Shown here piece by piece: positions 24,501 through 37,900 of a DNA stretch of 64,000 nt. The DNA comes from Glaucostegus cemiculus (Eukaryota). Position 1 is the stretch's first letter. The number at the start of each line of letters is the position of its first letter. The translations under genes were made by a program, and so were the position numbers. The notes under the pieces were generated by a model that saw only the letters and a list, made by a program, of their open reading frames with translations, did not search any database and was not told the DNA's origin. The DNA lies in the NCBI GenBank assembly GCA_976551045.1, contig CDPCPM010000005.1, forward strand, positions 20,460,001 through 20,524,000. Direction: 5' to 3'.

Positions 24501-27500
24501 ACTTCATGTTAAGACTGTCCGTAATGTGCACGTATGAAGATTTGGATCACATCCACCCATTACGTAAATAAACATTACCCAACTGATCAACAAAGATCTG
24601 TGTATTTAATCTGGCAAATTATGTATTTGTATCATTTTGTTCTTTACATTTCATCCTCATGTGCAACTTCATAATGAAAGGGAAATATTACTTTTGTATT
24701 CTCTTGCTGTCATTTCATCAGGAGTTTGAAGTATTTTGTTTGGGAAGTTAACAACACACAAAAAAATAAAACAATTCTGACCTGATAACTAAAATTGTGC
24801 TTTTGAAAAGTACTTTCAAACTGTTTTGTAACCAGTAGATTCGGGGAATGTTTCTAATGATTACAGACTGTATCCAAAACAGTCTGCAGATGGACTTCTG
24901 TATCATCGACAATTTTGCATTCATATCCATTTTACTCACAATGCCTGAGTTGTCATCAGAACTTTGGTCCACATCTTGCAATCTTGATAGTTATTACACA
25001 GGTGACTAAATAAGCCATACATCTTTTTAATAATGCCAATAACTCAGTCTCATGTAATGCTGATAAATGCGTTGCATCTCATTAATAAAAAGTAGTAGCA
25101 ATGATTTTGTCAAAAGGCTTATGAGTACTATTGTATTTCATTTCAGGATAAACAGCAGCAGGCATTCTAGGAAAGCTGTGCTATTAAACGATAATGGGGA
25201 ATTTCAACACCAGTCGTTAAAATGTCCTGCTGTTCCACTTCTGACAATAGAGGGCAGTAGTGACTCTATGCTTCTTTCCAGGGCACAATGAATTTTCACA
25301 ATGTTCCTAGTCCGCAACCAAGGCTCTGCCAACATGCACTTGTATTTAGAAAGTGCAGAAAATTAAAGGAAGCCCACATGCATCAAATACAGAGCCTACC
25401 CTCAGAAGACACATTGCTGCCCAACTGTTATGAGCAACAGATAAAATAATCTCCATGTGCATCAAGCAATGCAATTGTCACATTGAAAAAAAAGGTGGCA
25501 GGTCTCAGACACCCTACCATTTTGATATGTTAATAGCTCTTCTTGGCCTGTGGGTGGTCTGCTTTTGATGCTATTAACAACTTCAGCACTAAATCAAGTG
25601 ACGGGTATATTCAGGGGAATAGATTCAAAACCTTCACCCCATTTATACCCTATGATATTAAAATAATAGGAAAAACAATCTACATATATTTAAGGTAAAA
25701 CTAATGTGCAACTTTCCTTAATGTGAATCAATGTACAGCTACCCCACACACCATGACTATTTAATAAACTAGCACTATGGAACTATAGAAGGGAAGAAAG
25801 GGATTTCAGCAATATACCTGCTATAATTCTGTCTTGCATAGCATGTTAATTTGATTTTAGGATTTTCATAAAAAAGTGATTTCTCAAACCGAACATGTAG
25901 TATTTGCAGGGTTAATGCAGTGCACTCTTAACACTGCATACATATGCACTATATCAGTACACTATACATCACCTTTATATATGCATCATTTAGCTTCTTT
26001 AAACTAGCAAAATGAATTGTGGTTTCCCATTTCATATCAGCTAATCAGGAGGCATAACTCTTTAACCACTACAATACATTTAATTCCGCACTCCATACGC
26101 GCTCCAAATAATGCATAGCATGCGGGTAATTAAAAAAAGTCAATTAATTAGGAATCAAGCAGAGCCCCAGCACCTTCTCTCCCAGGCCACATTTCACAGA
26201 TCATTTTATTTGCGTGTCCCTGATCTAAACGTCTGTTGCGGTTGTAGCTTTTGAAAGAGATGTTACTTCTGACACATTATATAAATATATTTAAGATGAA
26301 AAGCATTAGATGTCATTTATAGAGGGTAATCAAATCTTTCTGCTTCCTGTTATATCCTTTTGCTGCTTTTCCGTGAACTACTAAGAATACAAACTAAAAG
26401 TTTTTGCACTGTACTTCACTATCTAAATATAATTTTTACATTCATATTACAGTGGGATCAATCCCATACATATAGTTAATATATCATTCAAATAAAATAC
26501 GTAAACATACAAAGCTGTAAGCGCAAGTTAGAGAATTTTTTTAATATCTTTTTATTACATGCAGGGTGATGGTGGTGGACTTGTCCCCAACCCAAACCAA
26601 TGGTTTCAGCCTTTACAATCACTCAGTCATTCATTTCCAAGTCCTTGATGATTGGGCATCAAAATCACTATGACGATATTCTCTGATTAACTGCGATACA
26701 GTCATAAACTAATGGTGATCCCCAATCCCAATGAAATCCACGCTTACACTGTCCTCTGCCTATGTTTACCAGTACATGTCAGACACAAAGAATTTAAAAT
26801 CAGCACACTGATGTGACTGGATTTTAAATTATAGAGTTCATTCTCAAATAGAGCATTCATCAGATTTAACATAATAGATAAAATCAATTCAGACATTGTT
26901 ATCTCCTGAGACAAGACAAAAAAAATTAAAACTTCAATTTAATCAAACTAAACTTGTAAGATCTTATTAGTTGTACATATGTATACTTTTATTCTGCGGG
27001 AAGAGAAGAAATGGTGGTCCAATAATAATTGAACAGCAAACTAACGCAGTATATCGGACACAATAACATACTGTTTCTGTGGCATTTCACGTGTAGAAGA
27101 AAGCCTCAGAACCATTTACTCACAAATTGCACTGTACCCATAATAGGAAACTAGAATACACCTCCTGCCCAGCTCACTTAAACAACTGGTTGGTCAGTAA
27201 GAACCTGGCTGAGTTGAAGGAAGCAGATAATAACACTGTCGTTAAGCTAATGGCCATTGTTATCTGCAGAGCAGGAGAAGTTGAGGTAGAAAGCACAGTG
27301 AGGGAAAAGTCATGTAAACCAGGTCAATTTAGCAAACTTGAAGTTACTTTAGAACTGAAAATTCTATTTAAGAAGCCTGAAATACCACTATCCAAAATCC
27401 ATGTGTAGTGTAGTGGGTCTGGCAAGAGGACTTGCCTGATTCCCATTATCCCATTATATAAGTGTGGCCTGAATGTGGCTATACAAGACGCAATGAATAG

Positions 27501-27502
27501 AT

Positions 27503-27529
27503 ACACACACACACACACACACACGCACA
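27503..27529. repeat. (CA)n microsatellite
   Basis: acacacacacacacacacacacgcac. Confidence 0.9.
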
Positions 27530-30500
27530 AAACCCCAAGAAATCGTGATGCATTACAGTACAGCACTTGCAAATAAATGTGGTCTACTGAGATATGGTCC
27601 TTCTAATCCTTATCTAAATTGCAATTAACACTTCACAGCTACAGATATCTCCACAAAACCCAAGCTGTGTTCTGTTATATTTTTGTTATTGGACGAAAAT
27701 CAAATCAATCTTCAAATAGGATTGGAATGAAAGAGGCTGATCTCTAATTGCAAGAGCAGATAACAATTTCATACTTTCTGCCCAAGTACTGCCATCAGGC
27801 TACAGGAGGAGCAAAAAAGAAATTAGCCAGGAAACACTGCCACTGTATAACATTTCATTATATTCCTCATCATATGCCTGATAACACAGGGCAAATATTT
27901 GAAAAATAAACAAAGAGCCATAATGCTGAAAGAAACAGAGCATTGTGTTTTGTGTGTAGGTCTGCTTTCTTCAAATAATTTGTCACCCTAGATAGTCGCA
28001 AAATGAAGTCATGAGGGCTTCATAAAAGAGCGTTTATGAATTTCTTATCAAAATCTCTTGTGGCGCCATCCCAATTATCAGGTAAGAACAATCATATTAG
28101 AAAACACATCGGCTGTTTAATGTAATTTGCAATTGTTAAAAAAACAAACAGACGTACAGTAATTCTATTGCAATTAATCTCCAATCTAAACATGGCAGCA
28201 CATAGAGGGAGAATAAAATACAGTCTGTGTTAACTGATGCAGGCCTCTTAATCTACCATTACTGAATGCGCTTATCATCTCTGCTACACTTAGCTAAGTT
28301 ATTTCTTTGTCCAAACATTAAGGGGAAAAAAATCAATTCAGCTCAGGTTTTCCCACATCTTCATATCACTTCTCATCTGAACTCTATGGAGGTAGAATTT
28401 CAATTACCTTGGAGAACTCCCAGCGAGCCAGGATGAACACGGTCCTCCTGGTCACAGCCAGTAATTGTAGAGGGGTCTGCATCTTACATTTGATGATATG
28501 GCTTACAAAAATAGATATTCTAGTTACTTGATAACAGTATAAAAGTCTTCATAGGAACATTGCCACTATTTCTCTGCTCTGTCAAGCAGCACACAAACAT
28601 CTAATTCTGTTACTTTGTTAATGTAATAATTAACATATATACAATGTGAAAAAAATGCTGACTTTAATTGTAGCTGCAACAAGATTCCCTGGGGAGGATA
28701 AATGAACTTCGAATATTCACTATTTGGTTGAAAAAAATAATTAGCTTGGTATCTCATTCTCTCCTTTCCCAATGCAATTGCTCTTTTTAAAAAAACATTT
28801 TCCTTCATGGCAAAATATGAAAACAACCGTGGATTTGCTTAAAAAACGACCTCTAGGTCTTTAGTTAGGGTACGGTTCAGCTACTTCATTCCATGGAACG
28901 CGCAACATTGGCAAATACAAAATACATTTTCAACAAATGTAGGTGCACATTGTTGCACTGTTGACTGATTATACCCAGCTTGTAAAGATTTCAGTTTAAA
29001 TAATTACAAGATTGAAAAGGGATTCTGGATATGGATTTACCCCATTCCTCTACCAATTACAATAGATGCAATTCCACTGGCCAATGCAAAGCAACACCAC
29101 TATGCCATGGAAGTATATCACCCACATTGCCTTGTGAAATTATATTTCATCCACTAAAGGATGTACAATTGATTCAATTTTCAGCAGCACCAATCTTCCA
29201 GAAAAGGTCTATGGAACTCCACAAATTAAGGAACAGCAGTGTGCAATATAATCCGTGAACCTGTAGCACCACTGACCCATTTCCTCAACTGCATGAGCAT
29301 CAATGAAGCCTACAGTGACATCAGTTTAGGATCCATTCTGTTTGTGCCTTCAACATGATATTAAAGTACCTAAAGTTAGCCTTGAAGTGTCACTTTATTT
29401 TCCACTTACTTACTACAATTGTTCAAAATGTCTGATGGTATTCATCACTTTTACAAGGAACTTCACAAATTTTTATTTTAAAATGCACTCATCAGTAGAT
29501 AATTAGTATGCACCACTGTTCTTGAGAAATGCAAGGGCCAAGTACGCAAAGACCATATTGCTTTTAATATATTGAATAGGAAATTGCAATATACTCATAA
29601 CAAATGAGATAAGATGTTCCAAATCAATCTACGGTTTTAGTTACAGTGATTTCATACAAAAGCAGCATACTGCCATCCACTGGGATTAAGTGTCTCCTCT
29701 TCACTGTTAAATACTTTAGGCTGAAATCTATGATGGTGCACATTTTTTGCTATTTTAACTTGAAAATCAAAAATTATAGAAATAAACCGAAACCCAATTT
29801 TCATCCTACTATTGTGCATCTTAATCCGATTAGTACATAATTTCCGAATGTCAAACCATTTTCAAAAGAGAGTATTTTGAAATTACTTATTCTTTTTCAT
29901 TATAGCTGGGTCTCATCAAATGTCAAAATACACTAGTTGTGACTTAAAACCTCAAGGCACATAAACGCACTAAACCCTCTTCTGCTTCTAGTTGACAGTA
30001 GGTGTGAACTGTCCTATCATTAGCGCCATGAATATATTAGCAAGTGAATAGCCCTGACCCTGGAGTTAATCCTTTAATCCTTTCGCATCTGTTTGGCAAC
30101 ATTTCTGCAATCTTTTTTGACAACTTATTTTTAACATTGTTAAGAATGAACTGTTCTTACTTTGTTAGATTTTGTTTATTTTATAACATTAATTTAATGT
30201 CATATTTCATCAAACATATTATTAGAAAATATGAAATAAACAGTTACGATACCTTCTATGAATCCACTCTAGCATGGTTTAAATACCAACTAGACATGCT
30301 AAGAGACGCTAAAGACAAAATGTCCAAATGCAATAGCAGTAATGGGTTAATTACTATAACTCTTCACTAGCTTTCCACGATGAAGGGTCGCTTTATCCTG
30401 CCAGTTTGAAACTGCCAGATTTATGGAAGCACTTTAAAATGATTTATTCATCCTATGCTGCACTTTCAGTCTCAAAATATATTTATAATTCAAATTGAAA

Positions 30501-32024
30501 ATACATGTACTGTACAATAAACAATATCACAATACATTTACTCTCCAATAAAATTTCTATTTACTAGATCTAAAGAGAAATAGAGAAAGTACTGAGGAAT
30601 GCAAAATATTTATTTCAAAATATGAAGAATCCCAATGCTTTAAGCGGAATTCTGTACTGCATTCAAGAAGTGGCTTTAAAGGTTCTTTATAAAAGTGTTA
30701 TAATTTAAATGGCCCTCATTCAAAAAAATAAATTAGTAAGAAACATTCTCTGTTGCACTGACTTATTTTTAATTTGATATCATATGAAGTGGTCAAATGC
30801 TGTTTACCTAAGTATGCTTTCAAAACATATTACAGCAAATGCAAGTATGTTGAGAAATATATCTGGTGTTTGATTAACTTATTTCTCACAAAATTCCACA
30901 CAAATACAGCAATCGTTTCAGAATTTTGAAAAGTATCACCTTCTGACACTAGCACAGATAAATAGCACTCACAAGGAGGATTAGACTTTAGAGGGAGGAG
31001 AAATAAAATGCCCACAACAAAGATTTAGTGCAAAGGAAGTGGCAGAGATGCATAAAAATATGCCATCATTGATCACAAAGTGGTTGAGGAACATCAATAG
31101 TTGAGAGATGGATTGAAAGCCATTTTATATTTAGTGTTTAATTTTTTTTTACACAGAATATACGTGTTGAAGCTTGCTTCGACTCGCTCTGTCTTTTTAA
31201 AACATTTCACATTTCCTCATGTTAAATCTGAGTTCAGCTTAACCAAAGTAAAAATAAATTCATGCTTAGAAAAAAGGATATTTTAAAAATATAGTTTTAA
31301 TATTTTACTCATACTACGTATCTCTTGATTCTCTATAAACAGTGATGAATTTGTCATTTTTAACATTAACTTTCTTTGCCTCAAACCATTGATCATTCAA
31401 TAAGATGGAAGTAAGCAAAAATATGTAGCAGCTGACAGAACGTGGGTTGCTTGGTAGGGTGGCTGTGGTGTACAACACCACAGCACCCATTAATGGAAGG
31501 AAGGAATGTAGAAGAAAATACAACAATAATTTCCGACTTGGATCACCTTGTATTTATTTTTTGAAGAAATCAATTAACCTTTTCAACTTTTTTGGATGTA
31601 TTAAATGACAATCTCTTTACAGTTGTAATGTGAGGCGGAAAGAAGGAAAGCAGAAAAGTAAGTTTTATTAAGTCACCTGGTACAAAATAAAAATCAATTT
31701 TTAGGTAGCTTTAATGTAGTCACTGACATTTTAAGTGGTTTCAAATGGCTGCTTACTTCATACTAATACCACTGCATGTTTTTTTTTTCCAGTGGCCTTG
31801 TACTCATTACTATATGTTCAAAGGCCTCACTTGTCTGACAATACAAATCTATGTAAGGTGGCAACTACCAATAATGGAGTTGACCAATTCTCAACTCCAC
31901 TTCTTGAAGCAAGAAAACTTGAATTATGTGTGAAATTAGGTATAAAGATAAGAGAGTACAGATTTCAACTTTCAACACGAAGTAAGATGGGATAATTGCG
32001 AACATCTGAAAGTCTGTTTGAAGA

Positions 32025-32503
32025 GCAACGCACACAAAATGCCGGAGGAACTCAGCAGATCAGGCAGCTTCTATGGAAGGAAATGAACAGATGACGTTTC
32101 AGGTCGAGACCCTTCATCAGGACCAGAAAGGAAGAGGGCAGAAGCTAGATTAAAAGGGTAGGGGGAGGTGGAGGAGCATGAGCTGGCAGGTGATAGGTGA
32201 GTCCAGGTGAAAGGGGTAGGTAGGTGAGTGGAGGGGGTTAAAAGCCATTTTACTCCCCTTCCCCCCACCTACCTATCTTCCCCCTCTCACCTGGACTCAC
32301 CTATCACCCACCAGCTCGTGCTCCACCCCCTCCCCACACCCTTTTATTCTGGCTTCTGCCCTCTTCCTTTCTGGTCCTGATGAAGGGTCTCAGTCCGAGA
32401 AGTCAACTGTTCAGTTCCCTTCATAGATGCTGCCTGACCTGCTGAGTTCCTCCGGCATGTTGTGCGTGTTGCTCCAGATTTCCAGCACCTGCAGTCTCTC
32501 TTG
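32025..32503. mobile_element. Penelope-type palindromic non-autonomous element with flanking direct repeat
   Basis: ~210 bp inverted arms (gcaacgcacacaaaatgccggaggaactcagcag... / ...ctgctgagttcctccggcatgttgtgcgtgttgc). Direct repeat agtctgtttgaaga at 32011-32024 and 32504-32517. Confidence 0.8.
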
Positions 32504-32699
32504 AGTCTGTTTGAAGAATTTTATAATACATTGCATACAAATGTACGTAATACAGATATGACTCTCTCAAGGATATACTGGAGTCTTTAAATATAGACCA
32601 CTCATTTATGGATCAATGCACTTGATGGTAACAGAGCTTTACATTGATTACTTAAAATATATAGCACAGAAACAAAACACTCAGCCTAACTCGTCCATA

Positions 32700-32820
32700 T
32701 TCCCTCTCCCATCTCTCCTTTCCAATTCTGATCAAGAGTCCCAGGCTTGAAATGCTGTTTTTCTTTCCACAGATTCCCACCTGAAGGCTGAGTGTTTGCA
32801 GCCATTTCTGTTTCTATCAC
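32700..32820. mobile_element. Older fragment of a related Penelope-type element
   Basis: tctgatcaagagtc...gaaatgctgtttttctttccacagattcccacctgaaggctgagtgtttgcagccatttctgtt is similar to the arms at 32.4 kb and 41.0 kb. Confidence 0.5.
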
Positions 32821-32963
32821 CATTTCCTTCTTTTCCCTTCTCTCTCTTATGCTCAACCAGTCAGACTTTAAAATCGACAACATCTGTGTTTTCTGAATAA
32901 GAGGGATTTTTTTAGGTAATAATTTGAGATAGCAAAAAAAAAAGTATGTTGCCTGATTTTAAA

Positions 32964-33215
32964 GGGTGGCACTATAGCGTAGCGGTTAGCGCGACGCTGT
33001 TACAGCGCCAGCGATCGGGGTTCGATTCCCGTCGCTGACTGTAAGGAGTTGGTACGTTCTCCCGTGTCTGCGTGGGTTTCCTCCGGGTGCTCCGGTTTCC
33101 TCCCACATTGTAAAAAGACGTATGGATAGGTTAATTTGGGGGGTTAAAATGGGCGGCGCGGACTCGTTAGGCCAAAAGGGCCTGTTACCACGCTGTAAAT
33201 AAAAAAAATTAAAAT
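32964..33215 (+). mobile_element. Young full-length tRNA-derived V-SINE
   Basis: A-box tagcgtagcgg, B-box ggttcgattcc, V core gttctcccgtgtctgcgtgggtttcctccgggtgctccggtttcctcccaca and an A-rich tail. Many intact CpGs. Confidence 0.9.
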
Positions 33216-33319
33216 ATATTAAATAATACATGTGTATATTCAAGAAGGTCAAGAGTTAAACAGATGAAAGTGTATCAGAGCTTATTGATTAAGCAACTGC
33301 CTATTTCAACAATGATGGT

Positions 33320-33790
33320 CCATAATGACAGCCCTGGAAAAGACTGATCACTTCCATACCTCAGGAGCTACTTCTCAGTAAACTGTTAATCTACGTCCCT
33401 CCATGTGACAGCATTAGCCATCTGAGGAAAATTGTGTTCAAAGATTAAAGCTTTAACCTCAGCAATAGGTTTATGGTGTACTAGGCAGCAGTGATCAGAG
33501 ACATGGAAACTAAGAGTGGGTACTTCAAAGAATTGGAGAAGTATCACCAACGTTGTCTTCATACAATCCTCCAAATGAATTGGCAGGAAAGGAAAACCAA
33601 TATCAGTTTCCTCTCCCAGGCCAACATACTGGCATATGGTTGATGTGGATGGGCCACATGCCTAAAACAAGCATTCTACTTCAAGCTCCCTCACGGCAAG
33701 AGATTTCCAGGAGAACAGAGCAAACACTTCAAGAATGTTCTCAAAGACCCCATGAGAAACCACCAATCCAAAGGTATAAGTTAGAATTCT
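33320..33790 (+). mobile_element. Degenerate RTE-clade LINE fragment (C-terminal part of ORF)
   Basis: Frameshifted translation gives DHFPY(L/S)GS, HLRKIVFKD, MVY*AAVI, ELEKYHQRCLHTILQMNWQERKTNISFLSQAN, WMGHMPKT and LPHGKRFPGEQSKHFKNVLK, all typical RTE motifs. Confidence 0.8.
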
Positions 33791-33794
33791 AACA

Positions 33795-34080
33795 TGACAA
33801 CTGGGAAATTTAAATTAGGTAAATTTGGAATTAAAAAAAAAATTCCTGGTCCCAGAAACAAGAACCATGGAATGATTGAATTGCTACAAAAACCCGTCAA
33901 TTTTAGTCATATCCTGCATGGAAGGAATCTATCATCCTTATCCAATCTGGACTTCATGCGACTCCAGACTCACCATTGTGGTTAACTATGATGTCTGCAG
34001 AATTCAGGGGTAATTAGGGATAAACAATGACTGCTGGCATTGCCAGCATTGTCCACATCTCATGACCGGACTAAAAAAAA
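33795..34080 (+). mobile_element. Old chondrichthyan SINE with LINE-derived tail
   Basis: ggaaggaatctatcatccttatccaatctggacttcatgcgactccagact...gtaattagggataaacaatgactgctggcattgccagcattgtccacatctcatga followed by poly(A). Confidence 0.6.
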
Positions 34081-34624
34081 TAGCTGGTTTCATGAATACT
34101 AAATAGAAATGACTTTTGGCTGTCTCAGCCTATTTCTTCATGGCCACGTCAGCGGGCCAAAATTTTTGATAAATCAGCGTAAATTGTCACTATTATTGGT
34201 TTCTCTGAGAGATGTTAGACATGACTGGTGCTGAAAAGGAAAATTCACTCTGCTCTATAAAGAGAAAGTTTTGAGATTGGGGTTAAGGAACCCAGGTTAT
34301 AACAAAATAAGACCATCACTTTACATTTAGTTGTTGCCCTAGAAATGTCCAAGCTGATGCATTTCTAGATCTCAACATTGGCATAACTCATCTCAATAAT
34401 AAGTACAAAACCATTGCCATGCACGTATGTTGCAATACTTTCCTGACCTGGGGTTTAAACTTGAAGAAATGTTTCCCGAAGTATTTTCCAATATAATCCA
34501 GTTTTAATATGTAAAATATGATATGACCCAGGAAGCTGAACAAACCAAAATAGCAATTAAATAACATATTGTCATTATTAAAGTTTGAGTATTTTAAAAC
34601 ATACAGAAAATAAAGTCCAAATGC

Positions 34625-34935
34625 TCAACCCTCCCCCAACTTTTTTTCTTCTCTCTCCTCTTTCTCCCAAAATAACTTACAGCCTCTTCCTGTCTTTATA
34701 TTATTTTCTCTTTCCTTTCTCTATCCTCCCCTCACCATCTCTCTTGCTCCCATTTCTTGCTCTTCACCACTCTCATTCTCTCAATTTACACCTATGCTTT
34801 CTCCCTTCCATCTCTCCTTCCTCTCTCTTGTCCTCCAGCATTTCTCTCTCCCTCCACCTTCTACTTCCCTGCCTTTGCCCCTTCCTCTCTCTTTCTCTCA
34901 CTATCTACCTATCTCTCTCTCTCTCTCTCAATCTC
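34625..34935. repeat. Polypyrimidine (CT-rich) low-complexity tract
   Basis: About 300 bp dominated by C/T, ending in (CT)n. Confidence 0.85.
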
Positions 34936-37900
34936 ATGGGAACTCTTCCTGTCCAGCAGATAGGAAGGCAACAAAAGTTAGAGAAGAGCACCATTGTCTT
35001 TAGTGTATCAGCAAGTCAGATCACTCTACTGCTGTCTTCACTTCCGTGTCGTTAGATTATCATGAATCATTGAAGCAGCGTGAATAGGGAGTGAATATCT
35101 GACAGAGTGGGGAGTGGGGGGCAGTTTGCTAGTTGCCCTTCAGTGCTCGGAGGCAGTGTCTATGGTCTGATGTTTGAGGCCAATTGTGGCGAGTGGAAGG
35201 CACTTTGTTTGGTAACTTGGAGATACTTTTTTAACCAACTGTTAATGTTGCAAAACCGTTTGGGAACTGTTACTGTAAGTAAGATGTCGGAAGACTCAAG
35301 ATGGTAATGGATTGCCTTCAATTTCTCGTATAATATGGGTGCCTAACTAGTACAGCTTATACCAAAGTTGTTGATCCCACTGCCAAATTCATGGAGTCCT
35401 GACGGGTCCTTGGGGGGGGGGGGGGGTGGAAAACACTAAAACAAGCTTCTTTACTATGTTAATTTGGGTCTAAAAAATCACTGTCAATTCTATCACCTCT
35501 TAAGTTCAATGCCTGCACCCCTTGGAATTCTTGAGCAACCTCATCATCACCAACCAAAGGAAAATGTTTGAAATCTGTATTTTTTGTTACCTTTCACTGG
35601 GCCCAAGAGGAGTTGTCCAGTCTTTCCACTCTGTTTTTCAACCCTAACTTCTCTAAGCAGTGGGGATAATGGGTGATGGGGAGTGGGGTGGTGAAGTCGA
35701 GTGAGCAATTGGAGTGCAATCAGCAGCTTTCCTGATTGACGTTTACGAACCAAATCCTGTCAGCCCTAGGCCTCTCTCTTTGGAGTGCACTTCATTTACA
35801 ACACCAAGTCCAGGCAGAAGAATACGCCGATCATAGTTTCCCCTTGAAGACTATTGCCTGCTGTTATGGTAAACTGTTCCTTGCAACCTGTCTTCAGCAA
35901 TCAAAAATATTCTTCCTTTAGAAAATGCATCTCTTGGGCAATAAAATTATAGTGGCTCCAAGTTGCTGACTGCACTTGCTAAACCATTCCCTCTGGTTTT
36001 TGGAAATGAACTCAAGTGTGTAGTAATGCCCTCATTCTTTGGCACTAGATGCTAAAACTATCTTGGCACCTTCCTGTAACCTTTGGGTCAATAATCAAGA
36101 GACTCCCAAATGGCAGCCAATGTTTGTATTGTCAATAGAGATTTGGGCATGACCAAGAAAGGTGAAACAGGTTTGAAAGGTGCACCATGAACTCTTATTA
36201 TACTGGCAGCAAAACATTCCTTCATTTGTCATTCATGTTTAACTTGATGGGTCACACATCAAAGAGGAAATGATGTCATGTCAGGCCAAATTTTGGCTTA
36301 CTGTAAAATAGACCATTTAATTATTGCTGAACTTGTCAGTTGACTTGTGGTGGAAATTGGATTTACCACAATATTTTAATGCTAATCTAAAGTTTATTTT
36401 AAAAACTAAATAGTAATTAATTTGTTATTACAAAGCAAGAATTATTTGATAAACAATTAATATTTGCATAATGAATCATTTTTAAGATAAACACAACCAG
36501 AGAAAAATGTTAAAAAGGAACTTTGTCCATTTGGAATTTATACAAAGATGGATAAGAAGAAAAAAAACACATCAGCTCACAGAAAAGCCAATATTGTTTA
36601 CCGTGCTGGCATTAAGTTGTTCAAGAGATCTTTTATCATGGTCAAAAGAAGCTCCTTCTATATACAGCTTATTGCAGTGAAATATAGAGAAAAAGCAGCA
36701 GTTGAAACAACAAAAAAAAGAACTAATGCCTTCTGGATTATGACTAATTTCCAATCTGTTCCATTTTAAATTTAAAATAATACAATTAAACTTACTTAGA
36801 TAAGTTTGGCCAACATAAGTTGTCTTTTTACCAGTTCAATTCAGTGAGTACATCCATTGTACATTGGGGTAAATATAGAAAGGCTACTGTATAAACAGCT
36901 CAAGTAGTTCCAATCGACCAGAATGAAAGGTATCTGCTCTGAAAAACAAGCTTCAGGTTTAGCAGCAAATTAGAAAAGTCATACTGTAGTTCTGATCCAA
37001 AAGCTATTTTTGCAACTTGGCTTGCAATATTAAACAGGCATTTATCTGTACACCACAGAGCCTGATTGCATCACATAACAATATGCACTGAATGGGCCAA
37101 TATACAAGATCACACAATGAAGCATTTTGGCATTACAGTTACTGCAGTATTAAGAATGAGAGAATTCTGGAAAAAGATCAAGCAAATCCAAATTAACCCT
37201 AATTCCCCACAACAATAAAGATTACTGCATTTGACTCTTTTTAAATGATAAACAACACTCAAATTCTAGGGTTTCTCTGTTAATCCCACATAAAGCTTGT
37301 CAGTTCAATACTCACAACCCAACAATGCAGAGCATTCAAGCAGTCACCCATGGCCCACCCACTGAATAAGTGTTCTACAAGAAAATGCCATTAAAGTTTC
37401 TTGCACGGTGCTCTAACTTTAACCTCTCAAGCTTTAGATCACTTATACAGGTCTATTTAATGCAAGGGAGAATGCACGGAATTTCGTTCACCAGCCCAAG
37501 AAGAGATTGTCTAAAGCAATAAGCATTTTAAAAAGTTTTGGAATATATCAATATTCCTTATATTACTGACCTCCATCAATGTCAAAATGCCTAGCAAATA
37601 CAATATTGGTACAAGGACTCATGGTTCTCTGAATATCTTCTTTTGAACACATCGAATATTACTGTTTTATATATCTTTCAAAGGAAGAATGTGCATTTAT
37701 ATCAAAAGCAGTTATCTCTCTTGAAAAAATTACATGACTTACCAAAGATTAAGGATCCTGGCATCGAAATAGTACACGTATATCTAATTTTAACATGTAT
37801 TTCTAATTGCAATTGTCGACAGTGTCTGTGTATCGTCTAAACATCACAGCCCAGGCAAGTACTCTTACTTGATGATTCTAATTGTGTGCTTTTCTCATTC

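Noticed and set aside
32964-33040. tRNA-like sequence with A and B boxes
   Set aside because: It is the head of a SINE and runs directly into the V-domain. It is not a tRNA gene.
34585-35055. 156-aa Leu/Ser/Phe-rich ORF resembling a membrane protein
   Set aside because: Artifact of a CT-rich low-complexity tract.
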